Shown: positions 1 to 14,237, numbered from the stretch's first letter. The stretch is 64,000 nucleotides of DNA from Octopus sinensis (GCF_006345805.1 NW_021832274.1:9908-73907); one strand, 5' to 3'. Numbers and translations: made by a program. The notes: generated from the sequence alone by a model not told the origin.

Positions 1-258
1 TCCTTTCTCCTACCACACTCCTATAGCGTGACACCCTCAAACGTGGAGGATACAGCGTTGTATATATGTATGCGTATATATATATATATATTATGATTAT
101 TCCCAGCATGGTCACAGCGTACAGACTGAAACTAGTTAATATGTTAATAGACACACACATTCACACATACACATACACGCACACGCTCATACATAGATAA
201 ATGTTTACATATGCATATGTCTAAATATATATAATTATGCATATATATACGTCTATGT

Positions 259-306
<48 letters not shown>

Positions 307-417
307 CATATATGTATATATGTATGTATATGTATATTTATATATTATATATGTAAGCATAAGTAATGATATAAATGTATATATGCATGTATTTATGTGT
401 ATGCATACATATATTTG

Positions 418-489
<72 letters not shown>

Positions 490-508
490 TAATATATATA
501 GATACTTT

Positions 509-601
<93 letters not shown>
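509..601. repeat. (GATA)n microsatellite following a compound (TA)n/(TATG)n tract
   Basis: Direct read of the tandem tetranucleotide. Confidence 0.95.
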
Positions 602-602
<1 letters not shown>

Positions 603-1770
603 CGTGAAGTAAAATAGCGAGAGCGTATGATAACGAAAACAGGAAAAAAGACATTGAAATACTGTATTGAGGAAAGACTAGCAGTGCAAAAGTAGATTTA
701 TGGCACATCATAAAACACCAATGTATATGGCAGTTAGCCAACATTTTACTTAAAGATTTATCAAAGATTTTTTCATATTTTCTTTCATCATATCTTCCAA
801 GCATCATGTATGCTGTTGTTTAATTTATACCCAGTGGTATGTCAGTGTTGTTGTATATAAACGCAGCAATATATATGCGTCACTATTCATTATATACACA
901 GCAATATGTGGTCGTTGTTTTTTTTTCTTTTCATACTAATATATGTAAGTGGTGATATGTGCGTGCGTTTGTTGTTTATGTATATCGAGAGTTATGTCAG
1001 TCTTGTTTAATATAAACATCAATACATCTGAATTAAACCAAAAACTGTGGTGAAAATAGAGAGCTAGACAACAGATAGGGTGAGGGATGAATCAGAAGTG
1101 AAGTCAAAGGCCGAACATTTAGTAAAGTCGCTAAAACGTAATTATGATAGTCAGGGGGGAAATGTCTGCTCTCTGATACACACCTTGATCTCTCAAGACC
1201 AAAACATCGTTCTTAAGATTGTCTAGAAATTGTCAAATTACGAGTGTCTTGAGATGAGAATTTCTATAACTTGGGCAATGAAATTACAAATAAAGTAAAA
1301 TCTGTCAATAATGATTGGAGTACTGGGTATAATAAAAAAATAAACAGTAAAAAACAAGACAAATTCTTGGGTTGTCATGTTTACAAGGCTTATCTTAAGC
1401 AAGACACTTTCAATTCCCTATCATCTCACGCAATACGCTGCAAACATCTCTCGAGAACGAAGTAACATGTAGGGCAGCAGCAGAAATGGCGCACAAAACT
1501 GCTGAAAATATTGAATATGGCGGTGGTACTGCTGCTGATTTTTCTGGGATAGGCACAAGCTTGAAGTTTAGAGGAGATGAGTAATCAATACTATCGAATC
1601 CAGTACCTGATGTTACTTAATTTTATCAAAACTGAAACGATAAAATTTGAAGTTGACATCGGCGTGTACAAATTCAATACAAGAATCCCCATTTTGTTCG
1701 ATGTTCAAACGATGTTGGCAATACGATCCTCTCTAGTTCAATAATAACTATAATCATAGTTATTATTGAC

Positions 1771-1826
<56 letters not shown>

Positions 1827-1883
1827 TAATATAATAATAATAATAACAATAATAACAATAATAACAATAATAATAATGATACA

Positions 1884-2375
1884 GAAACCAATACATTAAT
1901 TATACCCGCGCTCATGTACAATCCATCAGAGCAAATTTCATAATGACAAAGAGTGATAAATCTTAGTCAGAGAAAGGCACACTCTTTGGAAAAGCGGTGG
2001 TAAATGTTACACATTTCATAAGTGAATACAGTAAGTTAGCGCAACAAGAGTATAATCCCTGGCATCGTGAGTGCTTTAAGATATTAGCCGAATGTGCGGG
2101 TTCAAAGTGAGGCAAAAGTGTTATAAACACGAGCTAGCGGCTCTGATGATTTTATGAGATTTCTCCTCTAAGAGTCTGACCATAGTATTGAAGCTAGAAG
2201 ACTAGCTATGATTGTAGTGAAGCAAGAATAGATATGATTGTAGAGAAGTATGTAAGATTATTTACATTTCAATACGATGTGATAATAGTTTGGTTAACAC
2301 AGAATTGAAAAATATCGAGACCTAATTAGAGAGTTGAAGTGAATGTAGGAGACAAAGGTGTTTATTGTTTTTCAG
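1884..2375 (+). mobile_element. Highly decayed R4/Dong-type non-LTR retrotransposon, C-terminal zinc-knuckle and restriction-like endonuclease region
   Basis: Manual translation across frameshifts gives ETNTLII..QSIRANFIMTKSDKS, VTHFISEYSKLAQQEY, DHSIEARR, IEKYRDLIRELK, resembling R4-clade motifs; follows an (AAT)n tract. Confidence 0.7.
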
Positions 2376-2591
2376 ACAAAGTTGTTTGTTGTTTCACGTG
2401 ACATAACAACCAAACTATTGCCTAAACTGCTGAATGATACTGGAATTTATAATTCGCATTGCGGACCTGCATTGAAGTGCTAGTTTGTATTCTGCAATAA
2501 TGCTTAGAATGATTCTTAACATATGGAGAGACTTGTTGTTACCCAGCCTCAAGTCAACGTCCTTGTTATCTAAAACTGCATGTAATAGCTT

Positions 2592-2805
2592 AATAATAAT
2601 AATAATAATAATAATAAGAATAATAATAATGAGAAGAAGAAGAAGAAGAAGAAAAGAAGAAGAAGAAGAAGAAGAGAAGAAGAAGAAGAAGAAGAGAAGA
2701 AGAAGAAGAAGAAGAAGAAGAAGAAGAGAAGAAGAAGAAGAAGAAGAAGAAGAAGAAGAAGAAGAAGAAGAAGAAGAAGAAGAAGAAGAAGAAGAAGAAG
2801 AAGAA
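2592..2805. repeat. (AAT)n plus (GAA)n compound microsatellite
   Basis: Direct read. Confidence 0.95.
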
Positions 2806-3998
2806 TGTTGATGATGGGATAAAGAAGTAAAAAGTACAAGGAGAGGAAATCTTATCAAAATTAGACTGGCGAAATTAAATTGCATTATAATATATTTATA
2901 ACATACATGGAACTTTGGAAATTTTTAGCGTCCAAATGTCAGTTCATTTTTCTTTTCTTCTTTCTGTCTTTTTTTGGCGGGGTAGGGAATAAAATATTCT
3001 CTCTGTCATTGTAAATACTGTTAAACAGATTGTAACAATGCCTGAGAGACAGCTATTTATTTCTTACAATAGGAGTAGCATCGGCGAAAGTGAAAGTAGA
3101 AAAGCATTAGATGGAATAGTTAAGAACACTTCATTTCAGTTTTTGGCTTGGTTTTTCATGTTGCACAATTTGGTTGATCGACCAAAATAAAGATCATTGT
3201 TTTCACACCAAAAGGATCAAGCATTGGAACCAAGATAAAGTGACTTTTAGTCGATTTAGTCCATTTTACTGCACAAAGGTAACTCATCAAGTAAAGTGTA
3301 TGCTACATTAAATACTGGAATAATTCTAAAGAGGGTAAAAAGAAGAAAATGTAAATAACTTCGCTTGTCTACTTGATGTTCAAAGACGAGCTGAAAGTGA
3401 TGTGGTGTAAAAGCATCTCCTGCTGCATTTTGTTTTAAGCGGCTGGCTGAACGCCAGAACGTTCGCTTAACGGAGAATCGGAGAGAAAAACGAAGATAGC
3501 ATCGTTAGTATTGAAAAATGGTAATTCTAGAACATGGATAACATGTAACGATACATACTAAAAGATTCTTTTATGAACAATTCCTGGCTGGTCACAATTA
3601 CTGTAATAAATATTTAGCTTTAGTTTCAGGTTTTATTTCTTAAAATTTACATTGGTCAGTCCACTCACTTCATGAGATTCAAGTGTCAAGCTGGTCTGGG
3701 AAAAATATATGGAGTTATAATGGCACTCTATGGCTTTTTCGTGTCAGACGTGCTATTGACAGAACATAATTTGGTCGACGTGTTTTTATTACGAATTGTG
3801 GTTGAATTGAACTCACTTTCCAATATATTAAGACATTGTGATACATTATCCTCCCTGGAGAGAAATGAGACAAATAATATTTCTTCATGGAACTGCTGAA
3901 CTGATAATATAAGAAACAAAGTAAAAAGTTTTATGTATAAATTTAGTGAAACGAACGAGAGCTGGTGCTGGGTAAAACGATAGGTTATTAACTATATA

Positions 3999-4415
3999 GG
4001 CGTAGGAGTGGCTGTGTGGTAAGTAGCTTGCTTACCAACCACATGGTTCCGGGTTCAGTCCCACTGCGTGGAACCTTGGGCAAGTGTCTTCTACTATAGC
4101 CTCGGGCCGACCAAAGACTTTTGATTGGATTTGGTAGACGGAAACTGAAAGAAGCCCGTCGTATATATGTATATATATATATATGTATGTGCGTGTATAT
4201 GTTTGTGTGTCTATGTCTGTCCCCATCCCCAACATCGCTTGACAACCGATGCTGGTGTGTTTACGTCCCCGTCACATAGCGGTTCGGCAAAAGAGACCGA
4301 TAGAATAAGTACTAGGCTTACAAGGAATAATTCCTGGTGTCGATTTGCTCGACTAAAGGCGGTGCTCCAGCATGGCCACAGTCACAAGACTGAAACAAGC
4401 AAAAGAGAAAGAAAG
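3999..4415 (+). mobile_element. tRNA-derived SINE family A (CORE-like), full length
   Basis: A-box-like TGGCTGTGTGG, B-box-like GGTTCAGTCCC, CORE-like ACCTTGGGCAAGTG, internal (TA)n/(TG)n, AAAAGAG tail; six near full-length copies in window. Confidence 0.9.
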
Positions 4416-5439
4416 TATACCAAATACAAGAGTCATTGATTCAGAGCATCTTAATTCTTAAATGCCCAGTCTACCGAACTGTAAACAATATACATAGCGA
4501 GATCAAGGCTTACTGGTATTCGCAGTAATACTACCGTCTGTATTAAATGAATATCAGCTTGAAGTTTTTGCCTTGTGTGTTTCTTTTGACACCATGTGTG
4601 ATAAACCAGTGTCTGCTATCAGAAATAAGTTCCTTTCCACATGAATGAATATATATTCCAAGCATAATGTTACGTAAAGTAGGGAAGTACAAGAGTCAAC
4701 GAAGGTTCTTCTAGACCGATTAGAAATTATGTAACTCACATAAATGCCACCTCACAGCATTAAAAATGCATGATAAAGCGTGTTAGTTATTACTATCCCA
4801 GATAAGTTATTCCTGAAACGAAAAACCATTGCAATGATCACGATTGGAACATCTTTGATGCAAATTTGTTTGATTAAAGCTGATATGGTACAAAACAGAA
4901 ACAGAGAAATACCACAAAATAGAAATATTTCCAACGTTATCACTAGTATGACGATGACGACAACAACCACCAGCACCGCCACCACTACTACTACTACCAG
5001 TACTACAACTGCTACTAGTACAACTACTGCTACTGGAACATATTATATCGTTGTTCCCTGGATATTGTTTGATGCTACTAATGGAACGTTAATATTAGGA
5101 ATGTCAGCATGTTAGTTTAATCCAGCAATCAAAGAAATATTGGGCGAAAATATATTGGAACCAGGAATGGTAGAGGTTTTTCTACATAGTCTGACCTCTA
5201 TTGAATAACTATCAATAATATCTCAGTATTTTCATGGCACGCTGCATCGATTTATTTTTATCATAGGAACAAAAAAACACAAAATAAGAAAGTGTAAAAC
5301 AAACTGAATAAAAGTGCATTAAACTGTTGATTATTAACATTTAATATGTTTCCTAAACTCATAGAGTGCTCTAGTAAAAAGTAGAACGTAAATAACTGCA
5401 ACAACAACATAAACAGTAATGATGATGGTGATGATGATG

Positions 5440-5476
<37 letters not shown>

Positions 5477-5507
5477 CGACGACGACGACGATGATGATGG
5501 AGATGGC

Positions 5508-5668
5508 GCACATTCAGAAAACAGCATCACTTGGCAGTGCAAGGAATCTCTGCAAAGATCTGGAAAGATGAAAAGAAAATGCCACCTTAATTCACTGCAA
5601 GTGAACAGCTGGTACATTTATGACACCTCCAGCAACAAGCTGAATATGTCACATAGAACAGCACCAGC
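5508..5668 (+). mobile_element. 3' end fragment of an R4/Dong-type LINE
   Basis: HIQKTASLGSARNL plus 3' UTR GTGAACAGCTG similar to 49170-49318; followed by (AAT)n. Confidence 0.65.
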
Positions 5669-5685
5669 AATAATAATAATAATAA

Positions 5686-5766
<81 letters not shown>

Positions 5767-5910
5767 TAATAATAATGATAATAATGCTGTTTCCTGAATG
5801 TGCGCAATGTTCATCATCATCGTCGTTGGCGTCGCCGTCGTCATCATCATCATCATCATCGTCACCATCATCATTACTGCTTTTGTTGTTGTTGCAGTTA
5901 TTTACGTTCT

Positions 5911-6292
5911 ATTAATGAAGAAAAAATGCTTTCTAATTGATGTATCAATACCAGCAGATGACAACGTGTCTCAAAAAGAAATGGAGAAACTTTCAAAATA
6001 CAAAGACCTGGAAATAAAGGTAACCAGAATGTGGAATCTAAAAACAGAAACAATTCCTATCATAGTAGGTGCATTAGGCATGATAAAAAAATATTCAGAC
6101 AAATACATAACAAAAACACCAGCACTTACAAACACATATAACATACAGAAAATTGCACTGCACACATCCAACGCAGAACACTTTCAATACAGTAACCATC
6201 AGAGCATCACAACAAATCACAGCACATACCCAAGGCACACAGAGCTGCGCTCGGTAGTGAAGTGAAAGCACGATATAAAAATAAAACTACTG
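5911..6292 (+). mobile_element. 5'-truncated R4/Dong-type LINE (endonuclease C-terminus plus 3' UTR), copy 1
   Basis: CFLIDVSIPADDNVSQKEMEKLSKYKDLEIKVTRMWNLKTETIPIIVGALG, typical of the R4-clade restriction-like endonuclease; ends in (AAT)n, the repeat type targeted by Dong elements. Confidence 0.9.
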
Positions 6293-6305
6293 AATAATAA
6301 TAATA

Positions 6306-6417
<112 letters not shown>

Positions 6418-6561
6418 TAATAATAATGATAATAATGCTGTTTCCTGAATGTGCGCAATGTTCATCATCATCGTCGTTGGCGTCGCCGTCGTCATCATCA
6501 TCATCATCATCGTCACCATCATCATTACTGCTTTTGTTGTTGTTGCAGTTATTTACGTTCT

Positions 6562-6942
6562 ATTAATGAAGAAAAATGCTTTCTAATTGATGTATCAATA
6601 CCAGCAGATGACAACGTGTCTCAAAAAGAAATGGAGAAACTTTCAAAATACAAAGACCTGGAAATAAAGGTAACCAGAATGTGGAATCTAAAAACAGAAA
6701 CAATTCCTATCATAGTAGGTGCATTAGGCATGATAAAAAAATATTCAGACAAATACATAACAAAAACACCAGCACTTACAAACACATATAACATACAGAA
6801 AATTGCACTGCACACATCCAACGCAGAACACTTTCAATACAGTAACCATCAGAGCATCACAACAAATCACAGCACATACCCAAGGCACACAGAGCTGCGC
6901 TCGGTAGTGAAGTGAAAGCACGATATAAAAATAAAACTACTG
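6562..6942 (+). mobile_element. 5'-truncated R4/Dong-type LINE, copy 2 (tandem duplicate)
   Basis: Same sequence as 5911-6292 except for one A in a homopolymer; period 650-651 bp. Confidence 0.9.
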
Positions 6943-6955
6943 AATAATAATAATA

Positions 6956-7038
<83 letters not shown>

Positions 7039-7039
7039 C

Positions 7040-7164
<125 letters not shown>

Positions 7165-7224
7165 TAATAATAATGATAATAATAATAATGATAATGATAA
7201 TAATAATAATAACGATGCTCTTAT

Positions 7225-7600
7225 ATTTTGGCACACGTCCAGCAATTTCAGGGCTGTAGGTAAATCGATTACATTCATTTCAGTTTTCAACTCATCCTCA
7301 AAATGGATGAAAGCCAAAGACGATATCGGCGGAAGTTTGATCCTAGATCGTCAAAAGTGAGGAGAATGCTGTTAAGCATTTTGTCCGAATTTCTAGTGAT
7401 TCCATCACCTGGCCACCTTAGTAATAATAATAATAATAATAATAATAATGATCCTTTCTATCCTAGGCAAAAGGTCTGAATTTTTGGGGGTATGGGGACA
7501 ACCGATCACATCGATCCCAGTACTTGACTTATACTTAACTTATCGACCACGAAAGGATGAAAAGTAAAGTCGACTTCAGCGGAATTTGAACCCAGAACGT
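7225..7600 (-). mobile_element. Two degenerate SINE family B copies
   Basis: GAAAGGATGAAAAGTAAAGTCGACTTCAGCGGAATTTGAACCCAGAACG matches the family B body at 29944-30728. Confidence 0.7.
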
Positions 7601-7613
7601 ATTATTATTATTA

Positions 7614-7646
<33 letters not shown>

Positions 7647-7665
7647 CATCATCATTATTATTGTT

Positions 7666-8153
7666 ATTGAATGAGAGAGCAGTGCATGCCATCAAAGTGA
7701 CACTGGGGTAAAGTATACGAAGCCCAGTATACCCAGCATGACTACCCATTTAATAAGGGTATACTAGGCACATACATCACAACCATATGTGCGCGATATC
7801 GTAATCTTACATCAAGATAAACAGCGTATGACCTTGCAAGTGGGCACCAGTTAGAATTTTCTTCAGTCTGAGTAGCCCATCCCACTCAAAAGTTCCCTGA
7901 ATAAGGTTTGTTTAAAAATGATAAACGAAACCTATGTTTCCATAGGTGAATTACTGAAGCCCCAAAGAATTCCTCTCAACACATGGATATGATGTTCCCC
8001 CACTACTTGTAATCAGGGATACACACATCGTCAGCCATTAAGGCTCAACTGATTTAAGGTCAAGCAACTGACAAGTAAATCTGTGTATTGAGAATACTTG
8101 CTGTAGCCCATTTTTTATACCAAGACAAAACATGTACATGATATCACTTCCAA
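7666..8153 (-). mobile_element. Non-coding interspersed repeat family C embedded in (AAT)n
   Basis: Homologous to 28289-28522, 28637-28871, 47156-47617, 55851-56082; four of five copies share one end abutting (AAT)n. Confidence 0.85.
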
Positions 8154-8160
8154 TTATTAC

Positions 8161-8229
<69 letters not shown>

Positions 8230-8840
8230 CATTATTTTGTCGGCTGGCCTCTCTACACTCACCACTAATTCTACGAAGAGCGATACTTTGATGCACTAAT
8301 AAATGCGCAAGCTAAGTACTTCTTCCTTTCAGAAATTTACATGATAAAACAATATGAAAGTCATTATGAGTGACTCCTACACATATTATGTATTATATTG
8401 CAGTTACTCTAGTCTTAGTTCTCTTAGAGTTTTGTTTTGTCTTTTACTCTTTCATAATGCAATCATAAAGATTTTAGTCTGCCTCCTGCCTGGAAAATTT
8501 CTTGTGTTATTTTATCAAGAGTCGATCATTAAAGAGTTTTGCAAGCAAGCTACAGCCGTTATTTAACAGTAAATATGTAGATGAAGGTAATACGAGATTA
8601 GCGGAGATTTTCTTTTTCGAGTTATAAAACTCAAAGAATATGGCAATATATTCACATATAAAAAAAAAATGAAATAAAAATTCAGAAAAATGAGGGAAAA
8701 AACAAAGCAACATAATTATTCTTCAAATGCATATTTTTTTTTGTCTTTTTGGTATCTGGGTTTATGAAACAAAAGATCTGCTGCAGAATACATCTAAATG
8801 TAATAAACAGAACGCAGTTTTACATCAATGTGTATATATA

Positions 8841-9121
8841 ACGGTATCGATCGGACTATCGAACGTTATTATACGTCGCTGGTTACAGTGCATTTCACAC
8901 CCTTTTGGCTTTCCAATTATGCTGCCCTGTTAGATAGGCGAGCAGGTCAACATTCCAGCATCCCTTCCGATCGCAAGGGTATTCTGCGTCGTGGTTACTT
9001 GTCAAAAGCTGAGTGGACACGAACATAGTGAAATGGAATGCTTTACTCAACAATGCAACGTGCAGACAATCTGGGAATTGAAACCAGAATCTCAGGATCG
9101 TGAACACTATGCCATGTGCCT
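8841..9121 (-). mobile_element. Degenerate SINE with family E-like head and family D-like tail
   Basis: GCTGAGTGGAC..GTGAAATG..GGAATTGAAACC resembles the reverse complement of 45094-45230; CGCTGGTTACAGTGC..GCGAGCAGGTCAACA resembles 15780-15880. Confidence 0.6.
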
Positions 9122-9242
9122 ACATGCTTATATACACACACACATACGTACATATATACAAATATATTATATATATACGTCGCATATATATATGTACATG
9201 TGTGTGTGTGTGTGTGTGTTCACGAGGGGCTATCTTCAGTTT

Positions 9243-9510
9243 CTTATTTCTTTATTGCCCACAATGGGCTAAACACAGGGGACAAACAAGGACAGACAAA
9301 GGGATTAAGTCGATTACATCAGCCCCAGTGTGTAACTGGCACTTAATTTATCGACCTTAGGGCTCCCTTCAGTTTCTGTCAACCAAATCCGCTCACAAGA
9401 TTTTGATCAGCCCGAGACTATCGCAGAGGACACATACTAAGGTTACACGCAGTAGGACTGAAGCAAAAATCATGTGGGTGGGAAACAAACGTCTTACCAC
9501 ATAGCTACAT
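9243..9510 (-). mobile_element. Adjacent fragments of SINE family B (9243-9357) and family A (9360-9510)
   Basis: Direct similarity to other copies in window. Confidence 0.75.
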
Positions 9511-10564
9511 GTATATGCCTATGCATATGTATTGGCATATAATTTGTAAGTCTGTTATTGTTATTTGTGAACTCTCGTTTCCAGACATTATCAACTTTGC
9601 TTTAAATTTCTTCAACTCTACTCCGTTTACGCCTGGCAAATAAGTAACAACAGAAGTTGTATAACTTACCAAAATATTTGTTTCGATTTAAATGTTTTAC
9701 TGTTCCATTTCTTCAGAAAACTCTATCTTTTATGCAACCGTTTAACATCCCTCCAGTTTTGAAATGTTCATTATTTTTCTGGAGATAAATGTTAATCTTC
9801 AATTATTTCTCTTACGGTTGTGAAATGACTTTCTTGGAATCGATTTCCTATCATTTTGGCAGCTTTACATATTGTGGTATCTAACGCAGAGAACCGAAAG
9901 CCACTGTAGATTCTTTTTCATCTGAAGTCAATGAGTATGTGATTAAATAGGCTTAGAATAAGCTGGGCAGTTATAATCCACTTTTTACTTGTTTCAACAA
10001 AAGTCTCCTATATTTCTTATTGACGCGGATACATAAAAGAAGATAGAATGGTTCCTGTTTCCATCAACAAAGTAAAATATCATTAGCACACAGATCTGAT
10101 ATTTTCTCTTGTTAACCGGAACAGCAATATCATGAAGTCCACTTGGGAAATCAAACTTCTTCATAAGAACTCATTAGCATCAATAAATTAAACGCGATCT
10201 ACGACCGAAATTGTATTCATGAATTTATTTTCCTATCTGGAATGTACGAGTTTACAGAAGCATTGGTGTTGCTGCTCTAGTCATGAGAATAAAGAATGTG
10301 ACGAACACGCGGTTGTGTTTTCATACACAAGTCAGCTACGACCGAGCAGTAGTACTATGAAAAGCATTCCAGCCATGGTAATCTCGATTGTTTGGCGCTA
10401 TTATACATCTATTTCTACTTCCTCCAGCAGGTTCTTCTTTTTTTTATAGAAAGCAGGATGTATCTTAAGGAAAATTTGACAGCTGGATCTAGTATGTAGA
10501 AACTATGTGAAGCATATGCATTTGGTAGAACTGGAGCATTTCGTAAAAAAGAATAATGGTAATA

Positions 10565-11078
<514 letters not shown>

Positions 11079-11581
11079 CAATAATGATAATGATAACAAT
11101 GATAAAGGTAGACATAAATGCCATCGTCATCACTCTAGCGACAATAGTTTGTTTTTTTGTTGCAATGAACCTTTAAACATATAGGCCTAATAAGAAGCAG
11201 AGAGAGAGAGAAACTATTGTGAATATTCAACATTTGTTTCTAATTTAGTATTTATACGAAACTCCACAAAATGTATTAGATGATTAGTTTTTAAATAAAG
11301 TGTACACAAAACAGTATATAAACTGATTGGTGAATACACGGCGGAGTTTGTATTAAGAAATATAATCATAGAAAACGTAAATGTCATCGGAGGGGAAAAT
11401 ATTTTTTACGGAAAGAAGATATATATGAAAGGTAACAACAGTAAAGAAAATGTCGACAAAAACATTTTCTTTCGTAACATTAGATCAGACATTTGATGTT
11501 ATTAATGCAATTCTAGTGATGACAAAACACAATTACATATTAAAAAAAAGTATGCATACATACATGCGCACACACACATAT

Positions 11582-11636
<55 letters not shown>

Positions 11637-13135
11637 CATATATGTGTGTGTTTGTGTATGTGTGTATCTTTGTGTGTGCATGTGTGTGCGTGTATGCATG
11701 TATTTATACATACGAGCTAATTTACAATAAGACAAGTGATAAAACAACATCGATTGAAAAACGAAAGCAAGATATTTATTGATAGAAAAGAAAAGAATAT
11801 TTACTTCAATGGCGAATTATCAAAAGTATAAATGACTGCTTTTTCTATCCACGTCTGTAGTTTGCTATATTCTTTATCTTCTTGAGTTTTAGCAACAACA
11901 AAATTGACTGCAGAAGAGATAACGTAATTCCTGAATACATTTTGTCAGCGTTGCAGAAAGTTTTTTGAAAGTTTCTAGGAATTATCATACAGTTGTGAAC
12001 TAAACATTTGGTATACGCTAAGATTGAAAAATATCTTCGAATTTGCAGTTTGTTAGAGAAATCACGAAGAGAAAATAATATACTTAAGTTGAAATTCCTG
12101 AAAAGTAAGGAATTTCTGTTTTAGTGACGAACATCTTCCTTCTACTTTTCGTACAATCCTAGTATTAAATATGTCTGTTGCTAGATTCTACTGCAGTGTT
12201 TTAGATAATTCTTGGTGTAATAATATGACTCGTATTCTTCACTCAGTTCTTCAAAAAAGTTCCAAGATATATACATTATAAATTCAGTAATACATGTGTT
12301 TATTCTAAAAGTGGGGATATACTTCCTTGATAAGTTTTTCTGTATACGCAGCAACATCTGTATGCTTACAAAACTCTATATAACTTGTGTGTATAATTGT
12401 GATATGTGTATAGCTGTTTGTGTATGTGTTTGTATGTGTGTATATGTATGTATGTATGTGTGTGTGTGTGTGTACATCAGGTTTTCTGAGCATTCAAATG
12501 TCACCTGCTTTGGGAATCCTAGATATATGTAGTACAGTGCTAACGTTAGCAAGAAAGACACAATATGTACGTGTATGTATGTATATATGTATGTAAGCAT
12601 GAGTTTGTGTGCATGTGCGTGTGTATGTGTATTTGTCTGTTTGTATTTCCGTGTGTAAGCTTGTCAAAGTACATGTAATCTACATAGTGTGAAAGCAACT
12701 GGAGTATACCAATCAAAATAATTTATCTCCAATGTTAAAGCGATAATATCTCCTTCACACCTTTACAGTTATATTATTCGGATCTAATGCGAAGTTGCAA
12801 AAAACGATGCTTGCATGTACATGCATGCATGCATACATACATGCATAAATACATACACACATACATATATAATGTATGCATACATAATGTATACATACAT
12901 AAATACATACATAAATACATAAATAAATACATACATACGACACTTGGCTTTAAGTAGATTTATACTGGTGATTATTGCCTCAGCAGCTTTCTTAAGAATC
13001 TGGGCCACGCAAAGCTAGAAAGGAGATGAATAAAGAAATACAATTACAAACTATTAATGGAACTATAAAATATCCATGAAAAATCTTTTAGCATTTTAAT
13101 GTGGAGTATATACATGCATACATTTATATATTTTA

Positions 13136-13498
13136 CTAGCAGTATCGCCCGGCGTTGCTCGGGTTTGTTTCAACCCTTTAGAATTGGAATGCTTGAAAAG
13201 TAAAATTTTGCATTATGTAGCTTGTTATTCTCTGCAAGTGAACATTTTTCTGGTTGAAATACACTGAAAAATGGCGACACAGCAGTCAAAAGATGGCAAA
13301 AAATAGGGATCTTCATAGAAAAAAAGCACCTTTTTGATGTAAATAATTTTTGGTGTTAACATGGTCCGATTTGAATTTTATCTTCTACGGAATGAAGAGC
13401 GAGCCTTCTTATATCATACTCTCAATTTTGGTCAACTTGCGTCGCAGGGTCTTGGAGTGTAAGTTGAAGGCTACCAAACTTGCCATACACAGACAACT
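13136..13498 (-). mobile_element. Non-autonomous Helitron-like element
   Basis: Minus strand ends ACAAACCCGAGCAACGCCGGGCGATACTGCTAG|T (subterminal GC hairpin plus CTAG); same terminus as 56578-56961. Confidence 0.75.
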
Positions 13499-14045
13499 AT
13501 GTGTACATCGGCGCAGACGTCACCGCGTGATTGAGGAGCTTGTTTCACAATGACGTGGACTTGGATTCTGTCCCACTCGTGGTAAATTGGTCGAGTCAAG
13601 CAAAGTCATGTCAGTAAGTTTGGTGGAATGAAACCAAAAGGTGTCCGTCGGATAAATATACACAGATGCGTACATATTTTAAATTTGTTTAAGTGGAGGG
13701 TTTTGAATATGCAAATAATGTTCTTATTCCATTATGCCGACCACACCTTAATGATGTTCAATGGTTCATCGGTTTTTGGGGTTGCATCGAAGTGGTCAAA
13801 AGGGATTAACATCCTTCTCGTAAACATCCATTAATGTTATATCGCCTGAATAAATGAATCCATGAAGATGATCAACTTGTTGCCCATGGATAATCATCAC
13901 AGGAATACCGACTGAAATTTTAAGAGACATATGAATTGTGGAAATGCGCATAGCGAGGCATTAAATGTTTTACAATTTCATCCAGGGATTATTGTTGTTA
14001 CTACTACTACTACTACTACTATACTACTACTACTACTACTACTAC

Positions 14046-14084
<39 letters not shown>

Positions 14085-14089
<5 letters not shown>

Positions 14090-14237
14090 TCAAAAAAGTA
14101 CCTTACGAATGAGAACCCAGGTTCAAAGTTTCCCCAAGACACCTAATGAAGGCCGGAGGGTATATCAGCCGAAATGTGTTAACAACAAACAAGATGAGGA
14201 CAAATATCCGTCAAATATAAATAATGTAAATAATGTT
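14085..14237 (+). mobile_element. Penelope-like pseudo-LTR fragment with decayed minimal type I hammerhead
   Basis: GACAC-CTAATGA-A-GGCCG..CAGCC-GAAA-TGTGTT at 14138-14180; homologous to 61995-62112. Confidence 0.7.

Noticed and set aside
808-1025. Loose ~30-bp repeat (ATGTCAGT..TTGTT..TATAAAC)
   Set aside because: Too degenerate to define units or function
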